A stretch of DNA of 64,000 bases from Myxococcales bacterium. GTDB lineage: Bacteria; Myxococcota_A; UBA9042; JABWCM01; BTVJ01. The stretch is from assembly GCA_045863395.1 (NCBI GenBank), contig BTVJ01000014.1, positions 32,001-96,000 on the forward strand, in the 5' to 3' direction. The position numbers were made by a program, and so were the translations under genes. The notes under the pieces were generated by a model. It saw nothing but the letters and a program-made list of their open reading frames with translations. It had not been told where the DNA came from and searched no databases. Each line of letters opens with the position of its first letter. The first letter of the stretch is position 1. This document shows, piece by piece, positions 38,548 through 48,822 of this stretch.

Positions 38548-39312
38548 ATGTACCGCGGCATGCGGGTGGCGGTGGTAGTGCCCGCCTACAACGAGGAGCG
38601 GCACGTCGAGCGGACGGTGATGACCGTGCCGCCGTGGGTCGACCTCGTCGTCGTGGTGGACGACGCCAGCACCGATGGGACCGCGGCGCGCGTCGAGGGC
38701 CTCCGGGACGAGCGCGTGCGACTTCACCGCCGCGCCGTCAACGGGGGGGTCGGCGCGGCGATCCTCGCGGGGTACGGTCGCGCCGCCGAGCTTGGCGCGG
38801 AGGCAGTCGCGGTCATGGCGGGGGACGCCCAGATGGACCCGGCCGAGCTGCCCGCGCTGCTCGACCCGCTGGCGGACGGCCGCGCCGACTACGTCAAGGG
38901 CAACCGCCTCGACCACCCGGAGCTGTGGACCCGCATGCCCAGGGCGCGGGTCATCGGGAACCTGGCGCTGAGCTGGATCACGCGCTTCGTCGCAGGATAC
39001 CCGGGGATTTGGGACAGCCAGTGCGGCTACACCGCGATCTCGCGCAGCTTCATCGTGCAGATCGACGCAGATCGGCTGTATCCGCGGTACGGCTTCCCCA
39101 ACGACCTGCTGGCGCACCTGCGGGAGCTGGACGCGCGGGTGGTCGACGTCCCCGTGACCCCCATCTACGGGGACGAGGCGAGCGGGATCCGCCTCCCCCT
39201 CGCCGTGTTCAGCCTGTCGTGGGTCCTCGCCCGCGCCTTCGCCCTGCGCCAGTGGCGCACGCACGTGCGGCGAGGCGTGCGGGAGCTGCCGGCCCGCGGA
39301 GCGACACGGTAG
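38548..39312 (+). CDS. Glycosyltransferase family 2
   Basis: VVVPAYNE, VVDDASTD, NGGVG, MAGDAQMDP, KGNR and DSQCGY. Confidence 0.92.
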   Translation: MYRGMRVAVVVPAYNEERHVERTVMTVPPWVDLVVVVDDASTDGTAARVEGLRDERVRLHRRAVNGGVGAAILAGYGRAAELGAEAVAVMAGDAQMDPAELPALLDPLADGRADYVKGNRLDHPELWTRMPRARVIGNLALSWITRFVAGYPGIWDSQCGYTAISRSFIVQIDADRLYPRYGFPNDLLAHLRELDARVVDVPVTPIYGDEASGIRLPLAVFSLSWVLARAFALRQWRTHVRRGVRELPARGATR

Positions 39313-39317
39313 GGGCC

Positions 39318-40463
39318 GTGGGCGCCACCGGGGCGGCCCGCCCGCGTCCACTTCGCATCCTCTTGCTCACCACGTCGTGGCCGCGGACGCCGGAGGACCC
39401 GGCGGGGGTGTTCGTCGCCGAGCAGGTCGCAGTCCTGCGCGCGCGCGGTCACGAGGTGCAGGTCCTCCACCCGGAGGGGCCCACTCCGGGAGCGCCGCAG
39501 CGCGGGGTGCGCGCGGTCCCGTGGCTCCGTCCCCGGCGGCTGCAGCAGCTCGTCGGCGGTCCCGGCGCGCCGGAGCTGCTGGAGGGCACCCGGCGCGCGT
39601 GGGCGATGGCCCCGGCGCTCACAGCGGCGCTCGCCCTCGCGGCGGCCCGCGCGGGACGCCCCGACGCGGTGATCTCCCATTGGCTCCTGCCCTGCGGCGC
39701 CATCGGGGCGGGGCTCGCTCGGGCTCACGGGGTGCCTCACGTCGCGTTCTGCCACTCGGGTGACCTGTCCCTGCTGGAGCGTCTCCCCGCCCGGCGGCCG
39801 CTGGCCCGCTTCATCGGGGGCCCCGGGACGACGCTCGCCTTCGTCGCCTCCCACCTCCAGCGGCGGTTTGCGGACCTGGCCCCGGCACGCTCGGTGCTGC
39901 TGCCCATGGGTGTCGACGGGAGCCCGGACCCTCGATCGGAGGGTCCGGGAGGGCCCGCCCGCCGCGCCCTGGTCGTGGCGCGGCTCGTGCCCGTCAAGGG
40001 CGTCGATCTCGCGGTCCAGGCGGTGGCGAGGTGCCCCACCCTGAGCCTGACCATCGCCGGCGACGGCCCCGAGCGGGCCCGCCTGGAGGCGCTCGCGCAG
40101 ACCGTGGCCCCAGGCCGGGTGCGGTTCCTTGGGACCGTGGCCCCGTCCGTGGTCCGCACCCTCCTCGCGGAGCATGACGTCCTCCTGGCGCCGTCCCGGG
40201 TGCTGCCCGGGGGGCGCACGGAGGGGATGCCGCGCGTGATCCTGGAGGCCCTGGCGGCCGGTCGGCCCGTGATCGCCAGCGCCGTTGGCGGTGCGCTTGA
40301 CCTGGAGGGAGCGCGCGGCCTGACCCTGGTGCCCACGGGCGATCCGGTGCCGTTGGCCGCTGCGCTGGGGGGGGCGTGCCCACCAGCCGTGCTGCCTGAC
40401 CACCTCCGCTGGGGGCACCACGGCGACGCGCTGGAGGCCCTGCTCCATGGCGCCGCGCTTTGA
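39318..40463 (+). CDS. Glycosyltransferase family 4
   Basis: LLTTSWPR..DPAGVFV, HWLLP, HSGD, RLVPVKG and EGMPRVILEALAAG. Confidence 0.88.
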   Translation: MGATGAARPRPLRILLLTTSWPRTPEDPAGVFVAEQVAVLRARGHEVQVLHPEGPTPGAPQRGVRAVPWLRPRRLQQLVGGPGAPELLEGTRRAWAMAPALTAALALAAARAGRPDAVISHWLLPCGAIGAGLARAHGVPHVAFCHSGDLSLLERLPARRPLARFIGGPGTTLAFVASHLQRRFADLAPARSVLLPMGVDGSPDPRSEGPGGPARRALVVARLVPVKGVDLAVQAVARCPTLSLTIAGDGPERARLEALAQTVAPGRVRFLGTVAPSVVRTLLAEHDVLLAPSRVLPGGRTEGMPRVILEALAAGRPVIASAVGGALDLEGARGLTLVPTGDPVPLAAALGGACPPAVLPDHLRWGHHGDALEALLHGAAL

Positions 40464-40596
40464 ATCGCCGGACCCGCCCACCCCGGAGCGGGACCTGCGC
40501 CACGATTTCGCAGCGTTCTCGCTGGCAAATCGCGGCGTCTTTTGGAATACTCGCGGGCCGCTCGGGCAACAACCCCTGAAACGACGGTGAGGACAC

Positions 40597-40704
40597 ATGG
40601 GCAAGGGATCGATGACGACGAAGATGAGGCAGCGGATCTCACAGGCCAAGAAGAAGGCGCGCATCAAGAAGCGCATCACGGTGGCGAAGCCCGGCAGGCG
40701 CTGA
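40597..40704 (+). CDS. 35-aa highly basic small protein
   Basis: MGKGSMTTKMRQRISQAKKKARIKKRITVAKPGRR; GAGG RBS, G/C-ending codons and a downstream hairpin; too short for the ORF track. Confidence 0.65.
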   Translation: MGKGSMTTKMRQRISQAKKKARIKKRITVAKPGRR

Positions 40705-40899
40705 GCGCCTCTCCCGGGGTGGCACACCTTCGGGGGCTGACTGGCGGCCGACGTTCGCAGACGCGGGGTGGGCCTCTGGTTGTGCCTGGCGCGGACCCTG
40801 TGGTAGACGGCAGCCTGTACGAGTTTGTGGGGCGCGCCTGGGGGGAGGCCCCTGACGAGGGAGCTCGACGTGCCCCTGGCGGTCCCGTGCGGAGCAGCG

Positions 40900-41898
40900 A
40901 TGAGCGGCGCTGAGAGAAGAGTCTTCCACCGGTATTCGCGGGCGCTGGCCTTCGAGGTGGAGTACCGAGGGCAGCTCCTGCGCGCCACCACTGTGAACAC
41001 GAGCACGGGGGGCGCGTTCTTGCGGGCGCCCATGCACCCCGAGGCGGGTGAGCGCCTCACCCTGGTCATCCGCACCGAGCCGGGCGGCCCCGTGCGCCTG
41101 GGCCTCGTGGCGGAGGTGATCCACGTGATGCGCGGGGTGGGGCCGGTGGGCCTGGGCGTCAGGTGGATCGAGGCCCACAGCGAGGTGGGGTCCGACCAGA
41201 TCCAGACCTTCCTGGAGCGGGTGCTGGGGATCGCCAAGTGCCAGATCCGCCGAGGGTCGGGGCAGACAGGGGCCCCCCTATGGGTCTTCACGTTCCCTGA
41301 CCTGATGACGCGGTCCATGGAGGACGACGCCACGGGCCTCGCCGACCTGCTGGAGCCCGCGCGGCCCGACGACGCGGCGGAGGAGGCCGCGGCGGCCCTC
41401 GAGATGGAGCAGCAGGAGAAGGCGGCGCGGGACCCGGCGGCGCGCCCCGGCCTCGTCAAGCGGCTGTCCCAGATCATGCGGCGCGTCACGTCGACGGGCA
41501 TCCCCGTGCCGCAGGGAGGAGGCTCCGAGAGATCGGACCCCGAGAGACCGGACCCCGAGAGGGCGGATCCGCCGGGCAAGGTGCTGCCCCTGCCGCTGCT
41601 CGTCCGCACGGCGTCGCGCAAGCTCAAGGGCAAGCTGTTCAAGCTGTCGCGCACCACCATGGGCATCGCTGGGGTCGCCGCGCCGCCGAAGGTCTACGAG
41701 CGGGTCACGGTCGCGATGCCCATCCCCGAGAAGCGCAAGTCCGTCGACGTGGTGATCACCGGGTCCGTGACGCGGGTCAAGGAGGACGGCACCTTCACGG
41801 TGCGGTTCCTGAAGATCGACGAGCAGGGCCACAAGGGCATCTTCCAGGACTACCTGGACCACGTGCTCGGCAAGGGCGTGCACGGGGACGACGACTGA
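40900..41898 (+). CDS. PilZ-domain protein (canonical N-terminal PilZ plus a degenerate C-terminal PilZ-like domain)
   Basis: ERRVFHR (RxxxR) and NTSTGG (D/NxSxxG); second barrel KLSRTTMGI...GSVTRV...FTVRF. Confidence 0.78.
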   Translation: MSGAERRVFHRYSRALAFEVEYRGQLLRATTVNTSTGGAFLRAPMHPEAGERLTLVIRTEPGGPVRLGLVAEVIHVMRGVGPVGLGVRWIEAHSEVGSDQIQTFLERVLGIAKCQIRRGSGQTGAPLWVFTFPDLMTRSMEDDATGLADLLEPARPDDAAEEAAAALEMEQQEKAARDPAARPGLVKRLSQIMRRVTSTGIPVPQGGGSERSDPERPDPERADPPGKVLPLPLLVRTASRKLKGKLFKLSRTTMGIAGVAAPPKVYERVTVAMPIPEKRKSVDVVITGSVTRVKEDGTFTVRFLKIDEQGHKGIFQDYLDHVLGKGVHGDDD

Positions 41899-42016
41899 CG
41901 ATCTTGCCGCCGGAGCTCCATGGGCTGCTGTGCCATCGTCCGCTCAGCCGCCGCGGTCCCCTGGTGCTCGATGAGGCCCCCCGCCATGTGGCCACCCCCA
42001 CACGAGAGAGCAGATC

Positions 42017-44983
42017 ATGAAGGAAGCCAAGGAGGCTGAGCGCATCCTGTCGGGTCGCTACCGCGCCCCTGCTGCGCGCTCCCTGGGTATCGTGCGGAGG
42101 CTCCAGCAGGCTGCCACCGCGGGCGACCTCGACGCCGCCGACCTGCGGGTGCGCCTCGTCAATCACCTGGTGCGGGAGGACGCCGAGGGGCTGGAGGTCG
42201 CGGCGACCGCCGAGGGCATCGAGCTCCACGTGGGCGAGCGGGGGACGCCGTGCCCCGTGCGCCGCGAGGAGCTGGAGCCGGCCGCGGCGCAGGCGCTGCG
42301 CGAGCGCTACGGCATCGACGTGGGCCCGGTCGGGGAGCCGATCCCCGAGGGGCTCTGCGTGCGTCAGCCGTCGGCGGCGGTGCTCGTCATGGCGGCGGGC
42401 CTGGACGGCAGCGCGTGCCTGGCCCGAGCCCGCGAGGCCGGGGACGCCTACGACCTGGAGGCGGCGCTCGGCTACCTGCGCCTGGCCGTCGCGCGGACCC
42501 GCGGCGCGAGGGACGCGGTGGCCGCCCTGTCGCGGCTCCTGGTCGAGACCTATGCCTACTACGACGAGGCCGTGGAGCTGCTGACCTCGCCGCGGGTGCA
42601 CCTGGCGGGCGCCCCGGCGCTCACGCGCACGCTGGCCGACGCGCGCTTCCACCTCGGCGACTGGGCAGGGGCGCGCCCTCTCTACGAGGGCCTCGTCAAG
42701 GGGGCGGAGGATCCCGCCGAGGTCCGGCGGCGCGCGGCGGCCTGCGCCATCGGGCTGGGCGACGTCGCTGGCGCCCTCGCCCACCTCGCCGAGGCGGAGC
42801 GGGCGGCCCCGGGCGACCAGCGGACGGCGGAGCTGCGGGCGCGCGCGCAGAGGGGCGCCGAGGGGGCCCTGGCGGAGGCGCTGGCCGGGGCGCGGGAGGC
42901 GCTCCAGGCGGGGGACCTGGCCGCAGCGCAGGCCCAGGCCGACGCGGTGCGGGCGCGGGGGATCGACGGACCTGACCTGGTGCGCCTGCTGCGCGACCTC
43001 GATGCGGCGCGGCGCGCGGCGCAGGCGGCGGAGCTTCGGGCCCGAGCGAAGGGGAGGGACCGGGAGGCCGCGGCCCTGCTGCGCCAGGCGCTGGAGCTCC
43101 TGCCCCAGGACGGCGATCTGGCCCGCGAGGTAGCGGAGCTGGAGGCGGTCCTCTTGCGCGGGGAGGTCGCCGAGCTGCTCACGCGGGGCGCCGAGCTGAG
43201 CCGCGATGGCGACGCCATGGGCGCCCTGCGAGCGTGGCACCGCGCCGCCAGCCTCGATCCGGGGCTCTCGCTGGGGGGCGACGCGGACCCGCTCCTGGCC
43301 CGCCTCGTCGACTACCTCAGGCACGAGCGGCCCCGGAACCCGGAGCGCGCCTTCGAGGGGCTCCTGGCGCTCGGACGATCCGAGGCGGCCCTCGCCCGCG
43401 GTGAGGGGCGAGCGGCGCTGTCTGCCGGCGAGGACGCAGCGCGGCTTCTGCGCGCCTACCCTGCCGCCGAGGAGGCCGCGGTGCGAGCGCGGGAGTACGT
43501 CCAGGCCCAGGAGCAGGCGCAGGCCCGGGCGCTCCTGGAGGCCGCCGATGACGCCGAGGCCCGGGGGGACCTGGAGGAGGCTCTCACGAGGATCGAAGCG
43601 GTCATCGCGCTCAAGGGGGCGGAGCTCACGGGCGCTGGCGAGCGGCGCAAGGCCCTGCGTGAGAAGCTGGAACGCGACCGTCGTGCCCGGGAGCTGCTCG
43701 CCCGGGTGCGCAAGCTGGTCGACGACCGGGACGGCTTCCGCGCGCTGCAAGTGCTGGAGCAGGCCCGCGGCGACCTGGCCGGGCGCCCGGACGCGGCCGC
43801 GCTCTTGGAGGCGGCCCACGGGGCCATCGCCGAGCGCTACCCCGTGACGCCCCGCGCGGCGAGCGGTCCGCCCCCGCTGCCGGGCACCGTGGCGTTCGAC
43901 GCGGCGCGCCTCGGGGTCGGACCGGTGAGCCCGAAGGACGTGCGCGTGGTCTCCGACGAGGACGGCGACCGCCTGCTGTTCCTGACGGGCTCGCTCCTGG
44001 TGGTGCTCGCCGGAGAGGATCTGAGAGTGCTGGCGGCGGTGGATCTGCCCACCGCCATCCCCTTCGGAGAGGAGGGGGACGCCATGTTCACGGCGGACAT
44101 CGACGGTGACCTCCACATCCTCTTCGTCAGCAACGGAGAGCGGGCGCTGACCCGGGTGGTGGTGTCGGCAGGCGGGGCGCGGGTCACCGCGCGGGTCGAC
44201 CTGGGGAGCTCCCTCGGATCCAGCGCGGGGACGGTCCGCAGCTACGCCTACGACGCGCCGTCGGGGAACCTCCTGGTGCTCGAGCTCTCGCGGAGGGCGG
44301 CCCGGCAGGAGTCCCGCTTCGTGGCCCTGGACGCGGGCGACGGTCGCCTGCGGTTCCGCGAGACCTACAACCAGCCGGTGTTCAACCTGCAGCCGCTGCG
44401 CGGCGGCCAGAGGTACACGGCGAGCCGGGTCTACGACCCCCACGCGAGGATGTCGGGGAGCTGGTACCACCTCGCGGTGCTCGACGCGCGCGGGAAGGCC
44501 CAGGAGCGGGTCGCCCTCGCGGGCATCGACGAGGACCCGTACGCCATGCGCCAGACCATGCGGGGCCCGGCCAGCGAGCGCGTGTTCTGCGAGTACTGGG
44601 GCTTCGATCGGTTCACGGGCCAGGTCCGCAGCAGCGGGAGCTCGCTGCTCGTGCTCAAGAAGGACTGGTCCGTGTTCTTCCAGTCCGCGGACCCGAACCT
44701 GCTGCTGGGTGGGAACCGCATCGCATTCGGCTCGATGGGGCTGACCACCGTGGGGGGACAGGAGCGCCTCCTCGTGCCGTGGCGAGAGCAGGAGGGGAGG
44801 ACGGGCGTCGGGGTCCTCGACGCCGCCCACATGCGGTGCGTCGGGCATGTGACCATGGAGGCGGGCGTTCACATCGGGGCAGTCCGCGCGGATCCGGCCC
44901 GGGGGCGGGCGCGGATCGTGACGTTCCGCTCCGGGCAGCCCGGCTTCAAGGTGGAGCCCCTGGACGTGGAGTCCGCGCGCTGA
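42017..44983 (+). CDS. TPR-repeat protein with a C-terminal beta-rich (propeller-like) domain
   Basis: Repeated LG..xxA...Y/L..AL...P helical units, then about 350 aa of beta-strand pattern. Confidence 0.7.
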   Translation: MKEAKEAERILSGRYRAPAARSLGIVRRLQQAATAGDLDAADLRVRLVNHLVREDAEGLEVAATAEGIELHVGERGTPCPVRREELEPAAAQALRERYGIDVGPVGEPIPEGLCVRQPSAAVLVMAAGLDGSACLARAREAGDAYDLEAALGYLRLAVARTRGARDAVAALSRLLVETYAYYDEAVELLTSPRVHLAGAPALTRTLADARFHLGDWAGARPLYEGLVKGAEDPAEVRRRAAACAIGLGDVAGALAHLAEAERAAPGDQRTAELRARAQRGAEGALAEALAGAREALQAGDLAAAQAQADAVRARGIDGPDLVRLLRDLDAARRAAQAAELRARAKGRDREAAALLRQALELLPQDGDLAREVAELEAVLLRGEVAELLTRGAELSRDGDAMGALRAWHRAASLDPGLSLGGDADPLLARLVDYLRHERPRNPERAFEGLLALGRSEAALARGEGRAALSAGEDAARLLRAYPAAEEAAVRAREYVQAQEQAQARALLEAADDAEARGDLEEALTRIEAVIALKGAELTGAGERRKALREKLERDRRARELLARVRKLVDDRDGFRALQVLEQARGDLAGRPDAAALLEAAHGAIAERYPVTPRAASGPPPLPGTVAFDAARLGVGPVSPKDVRVVSDEDGDRLLFLTGSLLVVLAGEDLRVLAAVDLPTAIPFGEEGDAMFTADIDGDLHILFVSNGERALTRVVVSAGGARVTARVDLGSSLGSSAGTVRSYAYDAPSGNLLVLELSRRAARQESRFVALDAGDGRLRFRETYNQPVFNLQPLRGGQRYTASRVYDPHARMSGSWYHLAVLDARGKAQERVALAGIDEDPYAMRQTMRGPASERVFCEYWGFDRFTGQVRSSGSSLLVLKKDWSVFFQSADPNLLLGGNRIAFGSMGLTTVGGQERLLVPWREQEGRTGVGVLDAAHMRCVGHVTMEAGVHIGAVRADPARGRARIVTFRSGQPGFKVEPLDVESAR

Positions 44984-47164
44984 GTGAGCCACATGCACCT
45001 TCGCGCCTGCGCCTTGGTCCTCTTCGCCAGCGCTGCGTGGGCGGACCCGGAGCCCGCAGGCACGCTGGTGCGGGCGGCCGCCCTCCGAGACGCCAGCGGA
45101 GAGGACGTCCGCGCCGCGCAGGACGCGGTGGTCGCCATGGGGCAGACCGCGACGGGGGCCCTGGCGGCGCTGCTCGACGATCCTGGCGCGGGGCTCGACG
45201 CGCGGCTCGTCGCGCTGCGCCTGCTGGGCCGCATCGGGGGAGCCGAGGCCCTGGACGCCATCGGGGGCGTGGCCACCCGGTCCGATGAGCCCGCCCTCCG
45301 GTGGGCCGCGGCCGAGACCCTCGCCACCTTCGACGGGGACGAGCCGGTGCGCTGGCTCGTGCCCCTGCTCTGGGACCCCACGACGGCCTCGACCTCCCTG
45401 TGGCTGCTCTCCGAGCGTGCCACCCCCGACTTGATCCCCGTCTTCGCTGCCGGCCTCGCGGATCCCGCCCTCGCCGCCCAGGCGCTCATGGCGCTGGCCG
45501 CCGTGTGTACGCCCGAGGCGGAGCAGCTCATCGCGACGGTGGCGGAGCGAGGAGATCCCGCCACGTATCTCGACGCGGTGGCGGGCCTGCTCCGTTGCGG
45601 AGGGCCGGTGTCCGTAGCACAGGGCGTCGAGCGTGCGCAGGCGCTCGCCGAGGAGGACCGCGCCCGCGTGGCGGACCGCCTGCTGGCGAGCAGGCCGGAC
45701 CCGGTCGCCCTCCGAAGCGTGCTCGACACGAGCGTCCCCCGCGCGGTGCTCGGGGATGGAGAGGTGGCGCTGGCGGCGCGCCTCGCCCTGGTGGACGCCC
45801 CCGGCGCGGCGCAGGTGCTGGCGGCGGCGCCCTGGCGGGACGCCGTCATCGACGCCGCGCTGCGAGGCACGCGCCGCGACGCCTCCTCCCTGGTGCGGCT
45901 GACCCGCGACCCCCGGGCCCGAGCCGCGGCCCGCTCCGTCCTGCGAGGAGAGCGTCAGGGCGCGTGGGGGGCCGCCCTGGACGTGCTCGGCGAGGCGCGG
46001 GACGCAGACGACGTGGCCGTGCTCGCCGCGTGCCTGGCGGAGCCCCTGGACCGCTCCCAGCCGTGCCTTCGCCTTCTCGCCCTGGCATCACGCGGGGCCC
46101 CCGAGGCGGTTGGCGCCCTGGAGGACGCTCTGGATGGCCGCCTGCCCGTGACCGAGGGGCTCGACCTGGTCGCGGCCGCGTGGCTGAGCGGTGCCCCGTC
46201 GCTGGTGGACCGGGTGCGCGGGCGCCGCCCTCGGGAGCTGACCGCCGGGCTCGTGGAGGCGCTGGCGCGGCGCCCGGTGGGCCCGCAGGAGCGCGCCGCC
46301 CTGCTCGGCGCCCTGGGCGGCCCGGACGCTCGGGCCGCCCTGGACACCCTCGGCTCCAGCGGCGACGGGGACGCCGTGGGGGCCATCGCCGCGTGGACGA
46401 GCCGGGCCTCGGCCGAGGACCGGGGAGCCGGGCTGCGCGCCCTGGGCCTCGTCGGGACGGATCGAGCCGTCGCGGCTCTGGCTCCCATCGCCCGAAAGCC
46501 GGGGCACCCGGACCGACTGGCGGCGGTCCAGGCCATCGCGCTCGTCAGGACGGCTGCTTCCTCCACGTTGCTCGCTCAGATGCTGGATCCCGTGCGCCCG
46601 GACCTCTTCGTGGCGGCCGCCGAGGGGCTCGCGGAGCGCCCGGCGGACGTGCTTCCCCCCGTGCTCCTCTCAGCCGCGTGGGACGCCGACGAGCGGGTCG
46701 CCCTCGCCGCCATCCGGGCGTTGGTGGCGGCCGGGGAGCTGGATCGGGCGCGCGACGCCCTGAACGCGAGAGCGGGGCTGCTGTCGCGGGAGGGGCTGGT
46801 GACCGCCGATGGCCTGCTCGCCGCGCGCCCTCTGCCCTCCATGAGCGGCGCGGCCCCGGGGCTCGCCGGCGTACCGGACCTCCCGGCGCTCATCGCGGGG
46901 GCAGCCTCCCGGGCCCCCGTCGCCGCGCTCGTGCGGTCCGTGGTGGACGGCGCGTCGCGGGGGGATCCGTCGCAGGCCGTCATCGTCGGCCTCGCGTCCT
47001 GGGACCCGGAGGTGCGCGAGCTGGCCCTCACGGTCGCACGGTCTCTCTGCGGCGAGGAGCGCGCCGCCCTCGAGGCCGCGCTCCGGGACGCTCCCCCTCC
47101 CGTCCCGCGCCAGGAGGTCCGCGCGGCTCTGGACGGGGCCCCGTGCCCGCCCGAGCGCTGGTAG
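44984..47164 (+). CDS. Secreted HEAT/PBS-lyase repeat protein
   Basis: Signal peptide ending ASAAWA; R..A..ALG.IG repeats. Confidence 0.7.
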   Translation: MSHMHLRACALVLFASAAWADPEPAGTLVRAAALRDASGEDVRAAQDAVVAMGQTATGALAALLDDPGAGLDARLVALRLLGRIGGAEALDAIGGVATRSDEPALRWAAAETLATFDGDEPVRWLVPLLWDPTTASTSLWLLSERATPDLIPVFAAGLADPALAAQALMALAAVCTPEAEQLIATVAERGDPATYLDAVAGLLRCGGPVSVAQGVERAQALAEEDRARVADRLLASRPDPVALRSVLDTSVPRAVLGDGEVALAARLALVDAPGAAQVLAAAPWRDAVIDAALRGTRRDASSLVRLTRDPRARAAARSVLRGERQGAWGAALDVLGEARDADDVAVLAACLAEPLDRSQPCLRLLALASRGAPEAVGALEDALDGRLPVTEGLDLVAAAWLSGAPSLVDRVRGRRPRELTAGLVEALARRPVGPQERAALLGALGGPDARAALDTLGSSGDGDAVGAIAAWTSRASAEDRGAGLRALGLVGTDRAVAALAPIARKPGHPDRLAAVQAIALVRTAASSTLLAQMLDPVRPDLFVAAAEGLAERPADVLPPVLLSAAWDADERVALAAIRALVAAGELDRARDALNARAGLLSREGLVTADGLLAARPLPSMSGAAPGLAGVPDLPALIAGAASRAPVAALVRSVVDGASRGDPSQAVIVGLASWDPEVRELALTVARSLCGEERAALEAALRDAPPPVPRQEVRAALDGAPCPPERW

Positions 47165-47198
47165 GTCCCTCTGCCCTGACAGGGCCGGGAAGTCGCGG

Positions 47199-48596
47199 CT
47201 ACTCCCAGATCATGCAGTGTCCCCAGAGGGAGGCAGGGTCCTTGCGGTAGCAGAAGTCGTAGCCCTTCGCCTTGCAGGGCGCGTCGGCGATGCAGGCGGG
47301 CCAACAGCGGTCGATGGCGCCGCACACGAGGCCGGGTGCACACAGGTCGGTGACCGGGTCACAGGCGTCTCCAACGGCCAGGTCTCCCGCAGATCCACAC
47401 TGCGTCCAGGGCTCCTCCCCGCACTGCCAGAGACCCGTGGCGCACAGCGCCCAGCCGATGAGGCCGTCGCAGGACGAGTACCAGCCCTCGGACTTGCTGC
47501 CGATGGCGCCGCAGGTCGCCTCGCAGCCGGCGCACGTGACCGCCTTCAGGAGCTTGCCGGTGCAGGGGTCGGTCCACCCCTCGTCCTTCGTGCCGGTGCC
47601 CGTGCAGACGGGAGCGCAGCCCGCGTCCGGCACCTCGCAGGCGCACAGGGGCACGACGTCGCCGCTCGCGCATGCGTAGCTCGCCTCACTGCCGACGCTA
47701 CAGGAGGAGCCCTGACAGAGCGCCTGCGGGGAGCCAGTACAGGCAAACTCGGGGGCGCACTGTGCCCACTGGATGAGCTCGCCCGTGCAGCCGTCGACCC
47801 ACCCCTCCGACTTGCTGCCGATGGCTGCGCAGGCCGCCGTGCACCCGGTGCAGTCCGCCTCGCCCATGAGCGCGCCCGTGCAGGAGTCCACCCAGCCGCC
47901 GGCGCCTGGCTGACACACGGGCTCACACGGGGCCACCTCACACTGGCACCAGGGGACGGGTGCTCCCTGCGGGCATGGCCACTCCACGGTCTGGCCAGCG
48001 TGGCACAGAGTGGGGCAGGTGCCCTCCGGGTGCTCCACGCAGTCCCAGCCGCCGGCCGTGCAGGCGCAGAAGGGTACGTCGGTCCCGTCGGGGCACGCGT
48101 ACGTCACAGGGGAGACGCCGGCGCAGTCGCATGTGCACTCACCACCCGCGCCGCACACGGGCTTCGGACACGGCAGCGCGCAGTCCGAGTCCTCGGCACA
48201 GCCTGCGCAGGCGCATACGGGGCAGCCGTCCGGTCCGGTGGCAAAGCCGTGCTCGCAGAACAGGGTGCAGTCGACGGGTGGACAGCCGGCGTCCGGGGGC
48301 AGGGTCGTGTCTGGGGGGCCCGAGTCCAGGGATGCGTCGGCAGTGGCCGCGCCGTCCGTGTCTGCGGTGGTGGGTGCATCGCTGAGGACATCCGGGGCAG
48401 CGATGTCGGCTGCAGCCCCCGTGTCGGGTGCGGCGTCCAGGAGCACGTCAGGCCCGGCGTCCGAGGGCGACACGTCTCCGTGGGTGTCGGCGATGCCGGC
48501 ATCGGCGCCGCCGTTGCTCTGGCTGCCCCCGGCGGAGGGGCACCCGGCGAGCAGGGTGAGAGAGTACGCGAGAGCCGCGAGCATCACGCAGCGCAT
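47199..48596 (-). CDS. Cys-rich lipoprotein with an antistasin-like motif and repeated CxAIGSKSEGW modules
   Basis: GGAGGAGG RBS; LLAGC lipobox; Asp/Ala linker; CTLFCEHGFATGPDGCPVCAC; CAAIGSKSEGWVD, CTGTGTKDEGWTD and CGAIGSKSEGWYS. Confidence 0.8.
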   Translation of the reverse strand: MRCVMLAALAYSLTLLAGCPSAGGSQSNGGADAGIADTHGDVSPSDAGPDVLLDAAPDTGAAADIAAPDVLSDAPTTADTDGAATADASLDSGPPDTTLPPDAGCPPVDCTLFCEHGFATGPDGCPVCACAGCAEDSDCALPCPKPVCGAGGECTCDCAGVSPVTYACPDGTDVPFCACTAGGWDCVEHPEGTCPTLCHAGQTVEWPCPQGAPVPWCQCEVAPCEPVCQPGAGGWVDSCTGALMGEADCTGCTAACAAIGSKSEGWVDGCTGELIQWAQCAPEFACTGSPQALCQGSSCSVGSEASYACASGDVVPLCACEVPDAGCAPVCTGTGTKDEGWTDPCTGKLLKAVTCAGCEATCGAIGSKSEGWYSSCDGLIGWALCATGLWQCGEEPWTQCGSAGDLAVGDACDPVTDLCAPGLVCGAIDRCWPACIADAPCKAKGYDFCYRKDPASLWGHCMIWE

Positions 48597-48822
48597 CAAG
48601 CACCTCCTCCGCCCATCCCGTGGGTACGATACGCCTCGCCTCCGCCCGCCGACAAGCACGCGCCCGGTTCGGACCGCGGAGGGTCCACGACTCGTCGGGG
48701 TGGGAAGGTCCGCGTAGTTCGCTATAGTCACCCACCTGCGGCGTCCCACCTGGGGATGCCTGGAACCCGACGCGTTGGGAGCCCTCGACTCGCAGGGCAG
48801 GCGCCTGACAGGGAGGAGTGCC

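Noticed and set aside
41521..41572. 15-bp tandem repeat (ERSDP/ERPDP/ERADP)
   Set aside because: An in-frame low-complexity linker between PilZ domains; no further evidence of function.
41795..44998. Long antisense and alternate-frame ORFs (e.g. 1067 aa here; also 29229-31811, 39165-41666, 54985-57378, 19525-21708)
   Set aside because: They are shadow ORFs of real genes in high-GC DNA; they are Arg/Pro/Gly-rich and have no motifs.
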